A stretch of 32,000 nucleotides of DNA from Haloferax volcanii DS2 (GTDB taxonomy: Archaea > Halobacteriota > Halobacteria > Halobacteriales > Haloferacaceae), in the NCBI RefSeq assembly GCF_000025685.1, contig NC_013967.1, positions 390,001 through 422,000 of the forward strand. The letters are read 5' to 3'. A model generated the notes under the pieces. It ran no database searches, was not told the origin of the DNA, and saw only the letters and a program-made list of their open reading frames with translations. Positions 8,598 through 18,071 of this stretch are shown piece after piece; the first letter of the stretch is position 1, and every line of letters starts with the position of its first letter. The translations under genes were made by a program, and so were the position numbers.

Positions 8598-9404
8598 ATG
8601 CAGGCAGTCACGCTCGGTCCGGCGGGCACGTACTCCCATCGCGCCGCCCGCGCGGTCGCCGACGACGTCGCCTTCCGAGAATCGGTCACGTCTATCGTCC
8701 AAGCGGTCGCCGACGGGTCGTTCGAGCGCGGCGTCGTCCCCATCGAAAACAGCATCGAAGGGAGCGTCACCGAGAGCCTCGACGCCGTGGCGAACTCGGA
8801 CGTGAGCGTCGTCCAGGAAATCGTCACGCCCATCCGCCACGCGCTGTTGGCCCAGAGCGCGAACTTCGACGTCGTCGCCAGCCACTCCCAAGCGCTCGCG
8901 CAGTGTCGGACGTACCTCGAAGAGAACTACCCCGACGCGAAACTCGAAGCCGTCGCCAGCACGGCCCGCGGCGTCGAGCGCGCCCGCGCCGACCCGACGG
9001 TCGCGGGTATCGGCCACCCGGACAACGTCGGTGACGACCTCGAAATCATCGCCGAGGACATCCAAGACCAGTCGTCGAACGCCACCCGGTTCCTCGTCAT
9101 CGGCCCCGAGTCCGCCCGCTCGGACGCCGGCGGCAAGAGTTCGCTCGTCGTCTATCCGAACGCGAACTACCCCGGTCTCCTCTTGGAACTGCTCGAAGCG
9201 TTCGCCGAACGCGACATCAACCTCTCGCGCATCGAGTCGCGGCCGAGCGGCAACCGCCTCGGCGACTACCTGTTCCACATCGACGCCGACGCCGGTCTCT
9301 ACGAGGAGCGGATGCAAGGGGCGCTCGAAGAGGTGGAGGGCATCGCCAGCAACGGCTGGGTCCGCGTCCTCGGGTCGTACGACACCCGACACGTCCTGTA
9401 CTGA
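8598..9404 (+). CDS. pheA: prephenate dehydratase (PDT plus ACT domain)
   Basis: N-terminal LGPAGTYSH, the TRF motif (NATRFLVI) and the ACT-domain ESRP motif (LSRIESRPS). ATG at 8598. Confidence 0.85.
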   Translation: MQAVTLGPAGTYSHRAARAVADDVAFRESVTSIVQAVADGSFERGVVPIENSIEGSVTESLDAVANSDVSVVQEIVTPIRHALLAQSANFDVVASHSQALAQCRTYLEENYPDAKLEAVASTARGVERARADPTVAGIGHPDNVGDDLEIIAEDIQDQSSNATRFLVIGPESARSDAGGKSSLVVYPNANYPGLLLELLEAFAERDINLSRIESRPSGNRLGDYLFHIDADAGLYEERMQGALEEVEGIASNGWVRVLGSYDTRHVLY

Positions 9405-9547
9405 CGCCGTTTCGACGCCGAGACGCTCGCCCAGCGCCGCACCTCGCCGCGTCCACCCCGTCCCGCTCCGTCACGCCCGCTCGGTCGCTCTCAACGTGTG
9501 AGTCCGAGCACATCTTTCTTTGTCGTCGGCGACGTATCCAAACGCGT

Positions 9548-9955
9548 ATGCAGCGAAACCCGTTCGACGAGATAGAAGACCTGTTCGACCGGATGGGCCG
9601 GTCGTTCGAGGAGTCCGGTATCGGTCGGTTCCAAGACATCTCCCTCGACGTCGTCGACGACGAGGCCATCGAGGTCGTCGCGGACCTCCCCGGCTTCGAG
9701 AAGGACGACCTCGACGTGAGCGTCAGCGGGCGGCGACTCACCATCGCGGCCGACCGCGAGGAGTCGAGCGAGGTCGACGACGAGCAGTACGTCCGCCGCG
9801 AGCGGAGTCAGCGCTCGGTCTCCCGGACGATTACGCTCCCCGCCGAAGTCGTGCGCGACGAGGTGACGGCGTCGTACAAAAACGGCGTCCTGACCGTGAC
9901 GCTCCCGAAGGCCGAACCCGCGGGCGACGACTCGACCGAAATCGACATCGAGTGA
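9548..9955 (+). CDS. Hsp20/alpha-crystallin small heat-shock protein
   Basis: 135 aa with an alpha-crystallin domain (ADLPGFEKDDLDVSV ... ASYKNGVLTVTLPK). Confidence 0.85.
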   Translation: MQRNPFDEIEDLFDRMGRSFEESGIGRFQDISLDVVDDEAIEVVADLPGFEKDDLDVSVSGRRLTIAADREESSEVDDEQYVRRERSQRSVSRTITLPAEVVRDEVTASYKNGVLTVTLPKAEPAGDDSTEIDIE

Positions 9956-10071
9956 CGCGGCTCATCTTTTGAATACCGGCGCTCTGGCTCCCGAGCCGTG
10001 CGAACTGCTATCCACGTTCCGGCAACGATTATCTCCTCAGACGGCGTCTATGACCCTCGGTGAAAACACAC

Positions 10072-10515
10072 ATGATGCGACGTACCAACCCCTTCGACGA
10101 CTTCGAGGAACTGTTCGAGCGAATGTCCCGCCAGTTCGACGAGATGGGACGCCAGTTCGACCGCTCGGGCATGATGGCGCAGGTCCGCCACGAGATGGCC
10201 ATCGACGTCACCGACCACGACGGCGAAATCGTCGTCACGGTCGACCTCCCCGGCTACGAGAAATCGGACATCGCCCTGTCGGTCGCCAACCGCACGCTGA
10301 CCGTCGAGGCGACGCGCGAACTCGACGCGGAACGCGCCGATGGCGAGTATCTCCGCCGCGAGCGCCGCCACGAGTCCGCCCGCCGCACGATTCGCCTCCC
10401 CGAGACGGTCGACGAGAACGGCGCGTCCGCCAGCTACCACAACGGCGTCCTGACGGTCACCCTCCCCAAACACGACGCCGAACCCGACGACTCCCGCCGC
10501 ATCGACATCGACTGA
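10072..10515 (+). CDS. Hsp20/alpha-crystallin small heat-shock protein (tandem paralog)
   Basis: Same domain pattern (VDLPGYEKSDIALSV ... ASYHNGVLTVTLPK). The ATG at 10072 (MMRRTNPFDD) aligns with the neighbour's MQRNPFDE. The GTG at 10060 is an alternative start. Confidence 0.8.
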   Translation: MMRRTNPFDDFEELFERMSRQFDEMGRQFDRSGMMAQVRHEMAIDVTDHDGEIVVTVDLPGYEKSDIALSVANRTLTVEATRELDAERADGEYLRRERRHESARRTIRLPETVDENGASASYHNGVLTVTLPKHDAEPDDSRRIDID

Positions 10516-10697
10516 GCGGGCGTCGTCGCTCGCACGCGCCTCTGACACGCCGCCCGCGATGGGTCCCCTCGTGGTGGGTGTTCCCCGTTTTCGTTTCTCT
10601 GTCTCCGTTTCACGACTCGATTTTCTCGGGCCCCTCCCGTGCCATCGTGAGGCAATTTCTGCCGCAATCAGACAGCCGCGCAAGTCGAGTATAGGAG

Positions 10698-10705
10698 TTA
10701 TTTTA
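10698..10705 (+). promoter_or_regulatory. TATA box (TTATTTTA) for leuS
   Basis: Centred about 28 nt upstream of the ATG at 10730. Confidence 0.5.
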
Positions 10706-10729
10706 GGCCGGGGTACCACTACCACGGAT

Positions 10730-13606
10730 ATGGACTACGACCCGCAGGAACTCGAAGCGCGTTGGCGGGAGCGCTGGTCCGAGTCCGGCCGATACGAGGC
10801 CGACCCGGACGCAGACGCCGACGACGCGACGTTCGTGACGGTGCCTTATCCGTACCCCAGCGGCGGGATGCACATCGGGCACGCGCGGACGTACACCGTT
10901 CCCGACGTGTACGCTCGCTACCGACGCCAGCAGGGCGACAACGTCCTGTTTCCCATCGCGTGGCACGTCACCGGCACGCCGATCATCGGCGCGGTCGAGC
11001 GCCTGCAAAACCGCGAGGAGAAACAGCTCTCGGTGCTGACAGACACCTACAACGTCCCCGAGGACACGCTTTCTGATCTCGAATCGCCCATGGGCTGGGC
11101 GCGGTACTTCATCGAGGAACACTACAAAAAGGGGATGCAGTCGCTCGGCCTGTCGGTGGACTGGCGGCGCGAGTTCACCACCAACAACGAGCGCTACTCG
11201 AAGTTCGTCGAGTGGCAGTACCGGACGCTCCGCGACCGCGGGCGACTGGAGAAGGGTCTCCACCCCGTCAAGTTCTGTACGAACGAGGAACAGCCGGTCA
11301 CGACCCACGACCTGCTGGAAGGCGAGAACGCCGAGTTCCAGGAGTACACGCTGGTCCGCTTCGGCTGGGAGCGCGACGGCGGCGACGTGGTCGTCCCGAT
11401 GGCGACCCTGCGCCCCGAGACGGTCCACGGCGTGACCAACGCCTACATCGACCCCGAGGCGACCTACGTGGTCGCGGAAGTCGACGGCGAGACGTGGTTC
11501 GTCTCCGACTACGCGGCCGACAAACTCGAATATCAGGCCCGCGACGTGGAGATTCTCGAAACCGTCGAGGGTGCCGAACTCGTCGGCCAGACGGTCGAGA
11601 ACCCCGTCACCGGCGACGACGTGCTCGTCCTGCCCGCCGACTTCGTCGACGCCGACAACGCGACGGGCGTCGTCATGTCCGTCCCGGCCCACAGCCCCGA
11701 CGACTACGTGGCGCTCCAGGAGGCCAAGGCCGACGCCGACTACCTCGAATCGTTCGGCATCGACCCCGCCGACGTGGCCGACATCGAACCGATTCCGATT
11801 CTCGACATCGACTCCGAGGACGACACGTACGGCGAGATTCCCGCGGAGTCGGCCGTCGAGAACCGCGGTATCGAGTCCTCCGACGACCCCGCGCTCGAAA
11901 AGGCGACGAAGGACCTCTACAACAAGGAGTTCCACGCGGGTCGGCTCAAGGAGTTCTACGGCGACTACGCCGGCGGCCTCGTCGAGGAGGTCCGCGACGA
12001 CTTCAAGGCCGACGGCGTCGAGGCCGGCCAGTTCGACGTGATGCAGGAGTTCTCCGAGGTGGTCGTCTGTCGCTGCGGCGGCGACGTCGTCGTCGCGGAA
12101 CAGGACACCTGGTTCCTCTCGTACGACGACGAGGACTGGAAGGAACTCGCCCACGACGTGGCCGACGGGCTGGACGCCATCCCCGAGAACACTCGCGACG
12201 AGTACCACCACACCATCGACTGGCTCAACGGGTGGCCGTGTATCCGCAACTACGGCCTCGGCACCCGCCTGCCGTGGGACGACCAGTTCGTCATCGAGCC
12301 CCTCTCGGACTCGACTATCTACATGGCGTACTACACCATCGCCCACCGGCTGCAAGAGATTCCGACCGAGGAGCTCACCCAGGAGTTCTTCGACGCGCTG
12401 TTCTACGGCCCCGACGCGGTCGACGACGCCCCCGAGAAGGCGCTCGACCTGCGCGAGGAGTGGGACTACTGGTACCCCGTCGACTATCGGTTCTCCGGTA
12501 ACGACCTCATCACGAACCACCTGACGTTCTACCAGTTCCACCACGGCGAACTGTTCGACGAGCCGCAGTGGCCGCGGGGTATCGTCATCATGGGCATGGG
12601 CCTGCTCGAAGGCGAGAAGATGTCGTCGTCGAAGGGCCACGTCGTCCTCCCCGGCGAGGCCATCGGCGAATACGGCGCGGACACCGTCCGTTTCTTCCTG
12701 CTCAACTCCGCCGAACCGTGGCAGGACTACGACTGGCGCGACGACCTCGTCGGCTCGGTCCACGACCAACTGGAACGCTTCTGGAACCGCGCGCAGGAGA
12801 TTATCACCGACCCCGGTCCGGACGACCAGCCCGACCTGGAGACGGTCGACCGCTGGCTCCTGTCGAAGCTGCAAGACACCGTCCGCGACGTGACGACCGC
12901 GATGGACGAAGCCGAGACGCGCTCGGCCAGTCAGGCGGCGTTCTACAACTTCGAGGAGTCGCTGCGGTGGTACCGCCGCCGGACCGACCTCGACCGCCCG
13001 GCCGCCAAGTGGACGCTCCGGACGGTCCTCGAAACCCGGCTGCGCCTGCTCGCGCCCTTTATCCCGTTCATGACGAACGAGCTGCACGAGCAGTTGACCG
13101 GCACGCCCGCCGAGGACGCGCCGTGGCCCGAGCCGGACGAGAGCTTCGAGGACGAGTCGGTCGAACTCGAAGAGCGACAGGTCGAGCGCCTGACCGAGGA
13201 CGTCCGCGACATCATCGACGTGACCGATTCCGACCCCGACACCATCCGGGTGTACGTCGCCGCCGACTGGAAGCGCGACGTGTTCGAGACGGTCGTCGAC
13301 AACGGCGACAACGTCGGCGCAATCATGGGACAGGTCATGCAGGACCCCGACCTGCGCGAGCGGGGTAACGACGTGAACGACCTCGTGCAGGACCTCGTCG
13401 ACCAGACCCGCGGCCGCGACGAATCGACGCTCCGCGCCCAACTCGAACTGGACGAGGCCGATACCTACGAGCGCGCCGCCGACTTCCTCGCCCGCGAGTT
13501 CGACGCCGCGGTCGAGGTGTTCGCGGAAGACGACGACGACATCGTCGACCCGGGCGACCGCGCCTCGAAGGCGATTCCGTTCCGCCCCGCGGTCCACCTC
13601 GAATAG
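10730..13606 (+). CDS. leuS: leucyl-tRNA synthetase (archaeal type)
   Basis: 958 aa. Class-I HIGH motif (GGMHIGHARTY), KMSKS variant (KMSSSKGH) and a CP1 editing-domain region. ATG at 10730 (MDYDPQELEARWRERW); the track start at 10559 is an upstream extension. Confidence 0.95.
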   Translation: MDYDPQELEARWRERWSESGRYEADPDADADDATFVTVPYPYPSGGMHIGHARTYTVPDVYARYRRQQGDNVLFPIAWHVTGTPIIGAVERLQNREEKQLSVLTDTYNVPEDTLSDLESPMGWARYFIEEHYKKGMQSLGLSVDWRREFTTNNERYSKFVEWQYRTLRDRGRLEKGLHPVKFCTNEEQPVTTHDLLEGENAEFQEYTLVRFGWERDGGDVVVPMATLRPETVHGVTNAYIDPEATYVVAEVDGETWFVSDYAADKLEYQARDVEILETVEGAELVGQTVENPVTGDDVLVLPADFVDADNATGVVMSVPAHSPDDYVALQEAKADADYLESFGIDPADVADIEPIPILDIDSEDDTYGEIPAESAVENRGIESSDDPALEKATKDLYNKEFHAGRLKEFYGDYAGGLVEEVRDDFKADGVEAGQFDVMQEFSEVVVCRCGGDVVVAEQDTWFLSYDDEDWKELAHDVADGLDAIPENTRDEYHHTIDWLNGWPCIRNYGLGTRLPWDDQFVIEPLSDSTIYMAYYTIAHRLQEIPTEELTQEFFDALFYGPDAVDDAPEKALDLREEWDYWYPVDYRFSGNDLITNHLTFYQFHHGELFDEPQWPRGIVIMGMGLLEGEKMSSSKGHVVLPGEAIGEYGADTVRFFLLNSAEPWQDYDWRDDLVGSVHDQLERFWNRAQEIITDPGPDDQPDLETVDRWLLSKLQDTVRDVTTAMDEAETRSASQAAFYNFEESLRWYRRRTDLDRPAAKWTLRTVLETRLRLLAPFIPFMTNELHEQLTGTPAEDAPWPEPDESFEDESVELEERQVERLTEDVRDIIDVTDSDPDTIRVYVAADWKRDVFETVVDNGDNVGAIMGQVMQDPDLRERGNDVNDLVQDLVDQTRGRDESTLRAQLELDEADTYERAADFLAREFDAAVEVFAEDDDDIVDPGDRASKAIPFRPAVHLE

Positions 13607-13697
13607 TCCGGCGCGTCTCGGCGCGCCGCGACCGAAACGCCGCGCTTCGCCCGACCCACGACGCGGCTCTCGGGGCGACCGCTCCTCTCCGTCGCTC

Positions 13698-13706
13698 GAT
13701 TTATCC
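13698..13706 (+). promoter_or_regulatory. TATA box (GATTTATCC) for the small membrane ORF
   Basis: About 28 nt upstream of the ATG at 13730. Confidence 0.4.
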
Positions 13707-13729
13707 TCTAGCCGAACTAACAGCATCGT

Positions 13730-13948
13730 ATGAGCGAAGACGACTCGTCGAGCCTCGCACGGAAGGCCTACCACACCGTCACGCCGGGGTCGCACATGCG
13801 ACCCGACAGCGAGATGGACTCCATCGGGTGGACGATGTTTCTCATCCTCGTCGTCCTGTTAGTCCCGTTTCTGCCCTTCATCGCCATCGTCTACGTCCTC
13901 TCGAAGGTGTTCGGCTACCTCAACGCGCAGCGCGGGCCGAGCCCGTAG
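13730..13948 (+). CDS. hypothetical small membrane protein (1 TM)
   Basis: 72 aa with one clear hydrophobic helix (WTMFLILVVLLVPFLPFIAIVYVL). It has its own TATA at leaderless spacing. Confidence 0.5.
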   Translation: MSEDDSSSLARKAYHTVTPGSHMRPDSEMDSIGWTMFLILVVLLVPFLPFIAIVYVLSKVFGYLNAQRGPSP

Positions 13949-14005
13949 TCCGGGAACTCGGGCCGAAAAGAAAGATGAATGCCAGCCGCGTCGCGTCGAG
14001 CGGCC

Positions 14006-15001
14006 TCACTCGGCGAGACCGAGGAGGTCGAACGCGTAGCCGTTGTCGTTTTCGAAGGCGTGCTCGTAGGCGACGTGCGCCGCCGCCACGTCCTGAATCG
14101 CGAGTCCCGTCGAGTCGAAGACGCTGATGCCGTCGGCGTCGGTGCGGCCGTCGAGGTTGCCGAGGACGATGTCACCGATTGCGCCGTAGATGTCGTCGTC
14201 GGTGAGGACGCCGTCGTGGTACGGGACGTTGATTTCACCGGAGTGGGTGGTCTGGGCGTGGTCGTCGATGACGAGCTTGGCGTCCAACAGCACCTCGTCG
14301 GCGAGTTCGTGTTTGCCCTCGGCGTCCGCCCCCATCGCGTTGATGTGGGTGTGGTCACCGACCGCCTCGCGCGGGACGATGGGCGACTCGACGGGGGTCA
14401 CGGTCGACAGCACGTCACAGCTCGCGGCCTCCTCGATGGAGCCGGCGCGGATGTCGAACTCGTCTTCGAAGGCGTCGATGAAGTCGGCGACGCGCTCCTC
14501 GTCGAGGTCGGAGACGACGACCTCCTCGATGTCGCGGACCTCGCTGATGGCGCGAAGCTGCGTGTACGACTGGACGCCCGCGCCGACGATGCCCATCGAG
14601 GATGCGTCTTCGACGGCGAGGTGGTCGGTGGCGACGGCCGCGGCCGCGCCGGTGCGGAGCATCGTGAGCTCCGTCCCGTCGAGCAGCGCCAGCGGGAAGG
14701 CGTTCTCGGGGTCGGAGTAGATCATCGTGCCCATGACGGTGGGCAGGTCGTACTTGTCGCCGTTGTCGGGGTGGACGTTGACCCACTTGATGCCCGCGGC
14801 GTCCCAGTCGCCGGCGTCCAGATAGGCGGGCATCGACCGGAAGTCGCCGTTGTACTGCGGCAGGTCGATGTAGGACTTCGGCGGCATCTGGGCGTCGCCG
14901 GACTCGTAGGCGGCGAAGGCGTCCTCGATGGCCGAGATGAGCTCCGGCATCTGGACGTTCTCGTGAACGTCGTCCTTGTTCAACAGCAGCGTCTTGCGCA
15001 T
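14006..15001 (-). CDS. ornithine cyclodeaminase/mu-crystallin family protein (archaeal alanine dehydrogenase-like)
   Basis: 331 aa with a Rossmann GxGxQ motif (GIVGAGVQS) and OCD/mu-crystallin family length and pattern (LLNKDDV ... GTELTMLRTGAA). Confidence 0.8.
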   Translation of the reverse strand: MRKTLLLNKDDVHENVQMPELISAIEDAFAAYESGDAQMPPKSYIDLPQYNGDFRSMPAYLDAGDWDAAGIKWVNVHPDNGDKYDLPTVMGTMIYSDPENAFPLALLDGTELTMLRTGAAAAVATDHLAVEDASSMGIVGAGVQSYTQLRAISEVRDIEEVVVSDLDEERVADFIDAFEDEFDIRAGSIEEAASCDVLSTVTPVESPIVPREAVGDHTHINAMGADAEGKHELADEVLLDAKLVIDDHAQTTHSGEINVPYHDGVLTDDDIYGAIGDIVLGNLDGRTDADGISVFDSTGLAIQDVAAAHVAYEHAFENDNGYAFDLLGLAE

Positions 15002-15299
15002 GGAGACACGTTGCCGTACCTGCTACTTAGTTCGTTCTATTTCTGAACACAACTGCAAGTGTATCTTGGAAAGTGAGAGAATTATCCAACTTCTGAGTGG
15101 CGGGTGAGTCGGAACGGTCGGCTCCCCTCGGACTGTCGGGAAGTCGTAGTCGGCGCGAGTCGGTTGGTCTCCGCCGCGTGCCGCCATTCGGACGCCGTAG
15201 CCGCGGCTCTCCGGCCGTCTGGGACGCTCGCTAAAATAACGTGGTCTGTCGCGCGGTGCAGGCGTCGGGGGATGGGGGTGTGAAGGCGTTAGCCGATTT

Positions 15300-16973
15300 T
15301 CACATCGCGCCGCCCATACCGCCCATGCCGCCCATGCCACCCATGCCGCCGGGTGCGCCGCCCTCTTCGTCGTCGTCGCCGCCGGTGGAGAGGTCACCGG
15401 CCGCGATGATGTCGTCGATCTTGAGGACGAGGTTCGCGGCTTCGGAGGCGGAGGCGACGGCCTGCTCTTTGGCGTGGGCCGTCTCGACGACGCCGGCGTC
15501 GAAGGCGTCTTCGACCTCGCCGGTGAAGACGTTCAGCCCGGCGCGGACCTGCCCGTCTTCGTGGGCCGCGCGGAGGTCGACGAGCGTGTCGATGGAGTCG
15601 AGACCGGCGTTCTCGGCGAGGACGCGGGGGACGAGTTCGAGCGCGTCGGCGTACGCCTCGACGGCGAGCTGCTCGCGCCCGGAGACGGAGTCGGCGTAGT
15701 TGCGGAGGCGCGAGGCGAGTTCGACCTCGATAGCGCCGCCGCCGGCGAGGACGCGGCCGTCGGCGACCGTCGAGGCGACGACGTCGAGGGCGTCCTGAAC
15801 GCCGCGTTCGAGTTCGTCGACCACGTGGTCGGTGGAGCCGCGGAGCAGGAGCGTGACGCCGTGGACGTCGTCGCCGATGCCCTCGACGTAGAACAGCTCG
15901 CCGGCCTCGTCGCGGCGGACGGAGGCGCGACCGAGGACGGCGGCCTCGATGGAGTCGAGGTCGGAGACGACCGCCGCACCGGTGATGTTCTTGAGGAAGC
16001 GGATGTCGGACTTCTTCGTCCGACGGACCGCGAGGATGCCCTGCTTCGCGAGGTAGTGCTGGGCGAGGTCGTCGATGCCCTTCTGGCAGAAGACCACGTC
16101 AGCGCCGGAGTCGACGATTTGGTCGACCTTCTGCTTCAGCTGGGCCTCCTCCTGGTCGAGGAACTTCTGGAGCTGGTCGGGGCTCTCGATGGAGACGTTC
16201 GTGTCGATGTCGGTCTCCTCGACCTCGACGGGCTCGTTGAGCAGCAGCACGTCGGCCTCGTCGAACTGGACCGGCATGTCGTCGTGGACGGGGTCCTTGT
16301 CGATGACGGCGCCGGTGAGGAGTTCGGACTCGGACGCCGAGCGGCCGGTCTGCGTCTCGATGGAGACGTTCTCGAGGTCGACGACGTGGGAACCGTCGTT
16401 GGCCTCCACGGTGACCTGCCGGACGGCGCGGACGATGAGGTCCGCGAGAAGCTCCTTGTTGAGCTCGGAGCTCTTGCCCGTCATGGAGGTCTCGGCGACC
16501 TTCTTCAGGAGTTCCTCGTCGTCGGGGTCGACGCGCTCCGCGATGTCGTCGATTTCCTCGCGCGCCTTCTCGGAGGCGAGGTTGAAGCCGCGGATGATGG
16601 CCGTCGGGTGGATGTCCTGTTCGAGGAGGTCCTCGGCGTTCTTCAGGAGTTCACCCGCGATGGCGACCGCCGTCGTCGTTCCGTCGCCGGCTTCGTCCTC
16701 CTGCGTCTCGGCGACTTCGACGATCATCTCGGCCGTCGGGTTGTCGATGTCCATCTCCTTGAGGATGGTGACGCCGTCGTTCGTGATGGTGACGTCGCCC
16801 ATCGAGTCGACGAGCATCTTGTCCATCCCTTTGGGGCCGAGTGTGGAACGTACCGCCTCGGCGACTGCTCGTGCGGCGCGGATGTTGTACTCCTGCGCGT
16901 CGCGGTCCTTGACGCGCTGTGCATCCTCGCCCATGATGATCATCGGCTGACCCTGCTGCATTCGCTGGCTCAT
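15300..16973 (-). CDS. cct2: thermosome subunit (group II chaperonin)
   Basis: 557 aa with [18 protein letters not shown] and VLAGGGAIE motifs and a C-terminal GGM repeat tail. The symbol comes from my memory of the Haloferax volcanii 557-aa CCT2 and is unverified. Confidence 0.9.
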   Translation of the reverse strand: MSQRMQQGQPMIIMGEDAQRVKDRDAQEYNIRAARAVAEAVRSTLGPKGMDKMLVDSMGDVTITNDGVTILKEMDIDNPTAEMIVEVAETQEDEAGDGTTTAVAIAGELLKNAEDLLEQDIHPTAIIRGFNLASEKAREEIDDIAERVDPDDEELLKKVAETSMTGKSSELNKELLADLIVRAVRQVTVEANDGSHVVDLENVSIETQTGRSASESELLTGAVIDKDPVHDDMPVQFDEADVLLLNEPVEVEETDIDTNVSIESPDQLQKFLDQEEAQLKQKVDQIVDSGADVVFCQKGIDDLAQHYLAKQGILAVRRTKKSDIRFLKNITGAAVVSDLDSIEAAVLGRASVRRDEAGELFYVEGIGDDVHGVTLLLRGSTDHVVDELERGVQDALDVVASTVADGRVLAGGGAIEVELASRLRNYADSVSGREQLAVEAYADALELVPRVLAENAGLDSIDTLVDLRAAHEDGQVRAGLNVFTGEVEDAFDAGVVETAHAKEQAVASASEAANLVLKIDDIIAAGDLSTGGDDDEEGGAPGGMGGMGGMGGMGGAM

Positions 16974-16998
16974 AGACAGGCCTTGATTGTTTGTGATT

Positions 16999-17007
16999 CT
17001 ATAAAAA
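16999..17007 (-). promoter_or_regulatory. TATA box (minus strand TTTTTATAG) of the thermosome gene
   Basis: Centred about 30 nt upstream of the ATG at 16973. The 12-nt palindrome TTCGCCGGCGAA (17011-17022) lies 3 nt further upstream. Confidence 0.6.
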
Positions 17008-17158
17008 GGCTTCGCCGGCGAATCGAAGGACGGAATCCGAGCGCTCGCCGTGTACTCCCGATAATCGTGCGACTGAGTCCGTCTTCGATGTGTTCGAGGG
17101 CAAAGTATGGTACGCTATTTCACACCACTATTTGTGCCCGGTCGAACCGCTTTATAGG

Positions 17159-17557
17159 CTACTCTTCGACCGGCTCTTTCCAGTGGACCGTCACCGTCCC
17201 GACGGCGAACGCGTCGTTCCCTTCGTCGTCGCGGACGACCCGGATGGTGTTCGTCCCTTCGACGAGGCTCGCGCCCGTGACGGTGTCGACCCAGTACTGC
17301 CAGCCGTCGCCCGGCGGGATATCGAACCCCGAAAGCGGGTCGCCGTTGATTCGAATCTCGTGGCCGTACTCGCCCACGTCGAACGCCTGGATGCCGAGAT
17401 ACGGCTCTCTGGGGTCGTCGGTCGGCACGTCGAATTCGAACGTCTCCGTCTCGTCTCCGGCGTCGTCCGCCCAGTCGAGGTCCAGCGTCTCGCCTTCGGG
17501 GTGGAGGTGCGAGCCGATGAACACGGTCGCGTAGTTCGCGCGGTGGTGCACGCTCAC
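17159..17557 (-). CDS. hypothetical acidic protein (probably a beta-sandwich fold)
   Basis: 132 aa with a GTG start. GC-rich third positions run throughout. A T-rich box (minus TTTTTATC, 17574-17581) lies just upstream. I recognise no family. Confidence 0.65.
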   Translation of the reverse strand: MSVHHRANYATVFIGSHLHPEGETLDLDWADDAGDETETFEFDVPTDDPREPYLGIQAFDVGEYGHEIRINGDPLSGFDIPPGDGWQYWVDTVTGASLVEGTNTIRVVRDDEGNDAFAVGTVTVHWKEPVEE

Positions 17558-17614
17558 ACGTTCTGCTGCGCCCGATAAAAATTCGCGTGGTCGGAGGTCG
17601 TGTCGGCCGCGCCG

Positions 17615-17797
17615 TCAGTCGTCTTCGGGGAGTTCGTCCGCGAGGAACTCGCCGTCGGCGTCGTCGCTCGCGGCGTCGAGCGGGGGCTCGTCGTCGTCTC
17701 CGTCTAACACCGATAACTCGCGTTCGTACAGCCGCTCGGTGAGTTGGGTCCGCTTGTTGAGGCCCTTCTTCTCGCGGCCGGTCTTGGTGTCAGGCAT
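17615..17797 (-). CDS. hypothetical small protein (basic N-terminal half, very acidic C-terminal half)
   Basis: ATG at 17795-17797 gives 60 aa: MPDTKTGREKKGLNKRTQLTERLYERELSVLDGDDDEPPLDAASDDADGEFLADELPEDD. The upstream part of the 132-aa track ORF crosses a low-complexity, non-coding-looking region. Confidence 0.5.
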   Translation of the reverse strand: MPDTKTGREKKGLNKRTQLTERLYERELSVLDGDDDEPPLDAASDDADGEFLADELPEDD

Positions 17798-18044
17798 TGT
17801 CAATTGTGGTATCGCATCCCATGGCGATGAATGTTTTGTCCGAACAGTTGATACGGTCGGGTCTGTGGTGGTGCCTTGGGTCGCGTCGAACTGGGAGTTC
17901 CCTACCAGTTTCGACGTACCTTGTTCTTGGCGCGTGGTGCGATAGACTCCGCCGACGGTTCCCGCCGTCCGGCGATTGAGGGAGAAGCTATGTGCTTCGG
18001 GTGCGAAGGGCAAGGTTCGACTCGGTGTGCTCGGTTCGGGTCGG

Positions 18045-18071
18045 GGTCGCAGATGTAGCTTTCCAGAGAAG
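18045..18071 (-). repeat. Head-only fragment of a further tRNA-linked unit
   Basis: Minus strand CTTCTCTGGAAAGCTACATCTGCGACC aligns with the heads of the two full units (CTTCTCTGAAAACTACACTCCGAGC and CTTCTTCCGAACTCAACCCACGTA). No hairpin or pseudo-tRNA end follows it. Confidence 0.5.

Noticed and set aside
10703-13795. A 1030-aa ORF on the minus strand covering the whole of leuS; it is longer than leuS itself.
   Set aside because: It is a shadow ORF. In a genome with GC-rich third positions, the frames antisense to real genes rarely contain stop codons. The translation is low-complexity (R/G/V/D/A/E-rich) with no recognisable motifs. The plus-strand product is an unmistakable LeuRS.
15002-15299. 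A 298-nt spacer between the OCD-family gene and the thermosome stop, with several AGTCGG hexamers and a 124-aa minus-strand ORF (15023-15397).
   Set aside because: The ORF overlaps the thermosome C-terminus, is Pro/Ala/Trp-rich and has no support. The hexamers are irregularly spaced and too short to distinguish from chance. The region is most simply the OCD promoter/5' UTR plus the thermosome 3' UTR, with a possible oligo-T terminator at 15231-15242 on the minus strand.
15303-15350. A 9-nt tandem repeat (CCGCCCATG-type) at the 3' end of the thermosome gene.
   Set aside because: It encodes the GGM repeat tail that is a normal feature of group II chaperonin C-termini.
15474-17534. A 686-aa plus-strand ORF antisense to the thermosome gene. 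Similar long antisense ORFs occur at 3685-5211, 7854-9392, 22149-23744, 25555-26595, 26974-28128, 28516-29532, 29590-30576 and 29031-30728.
   Set aside because: The reason is the same GC-driven artefact. Each overlaps a gene with clear family motifs on the other strand or frame. Each has Arg/Gly/Asp/Val- or Arg/Pro-rich composition that is atypical of the acidic haloarchaeal proteome.
17993-18058. A short plus-strand ORF, MCFGCEGQGSTRCARFGSGSQM, with a CxxC motif; considered as a possible zinc-finger micro-protein.
   Set aside because: It has only three Cys and no second CxxC pair. Its codon bias is weak and it has no TATA at the right spacing. It lies within or next to the decayed repeat region.
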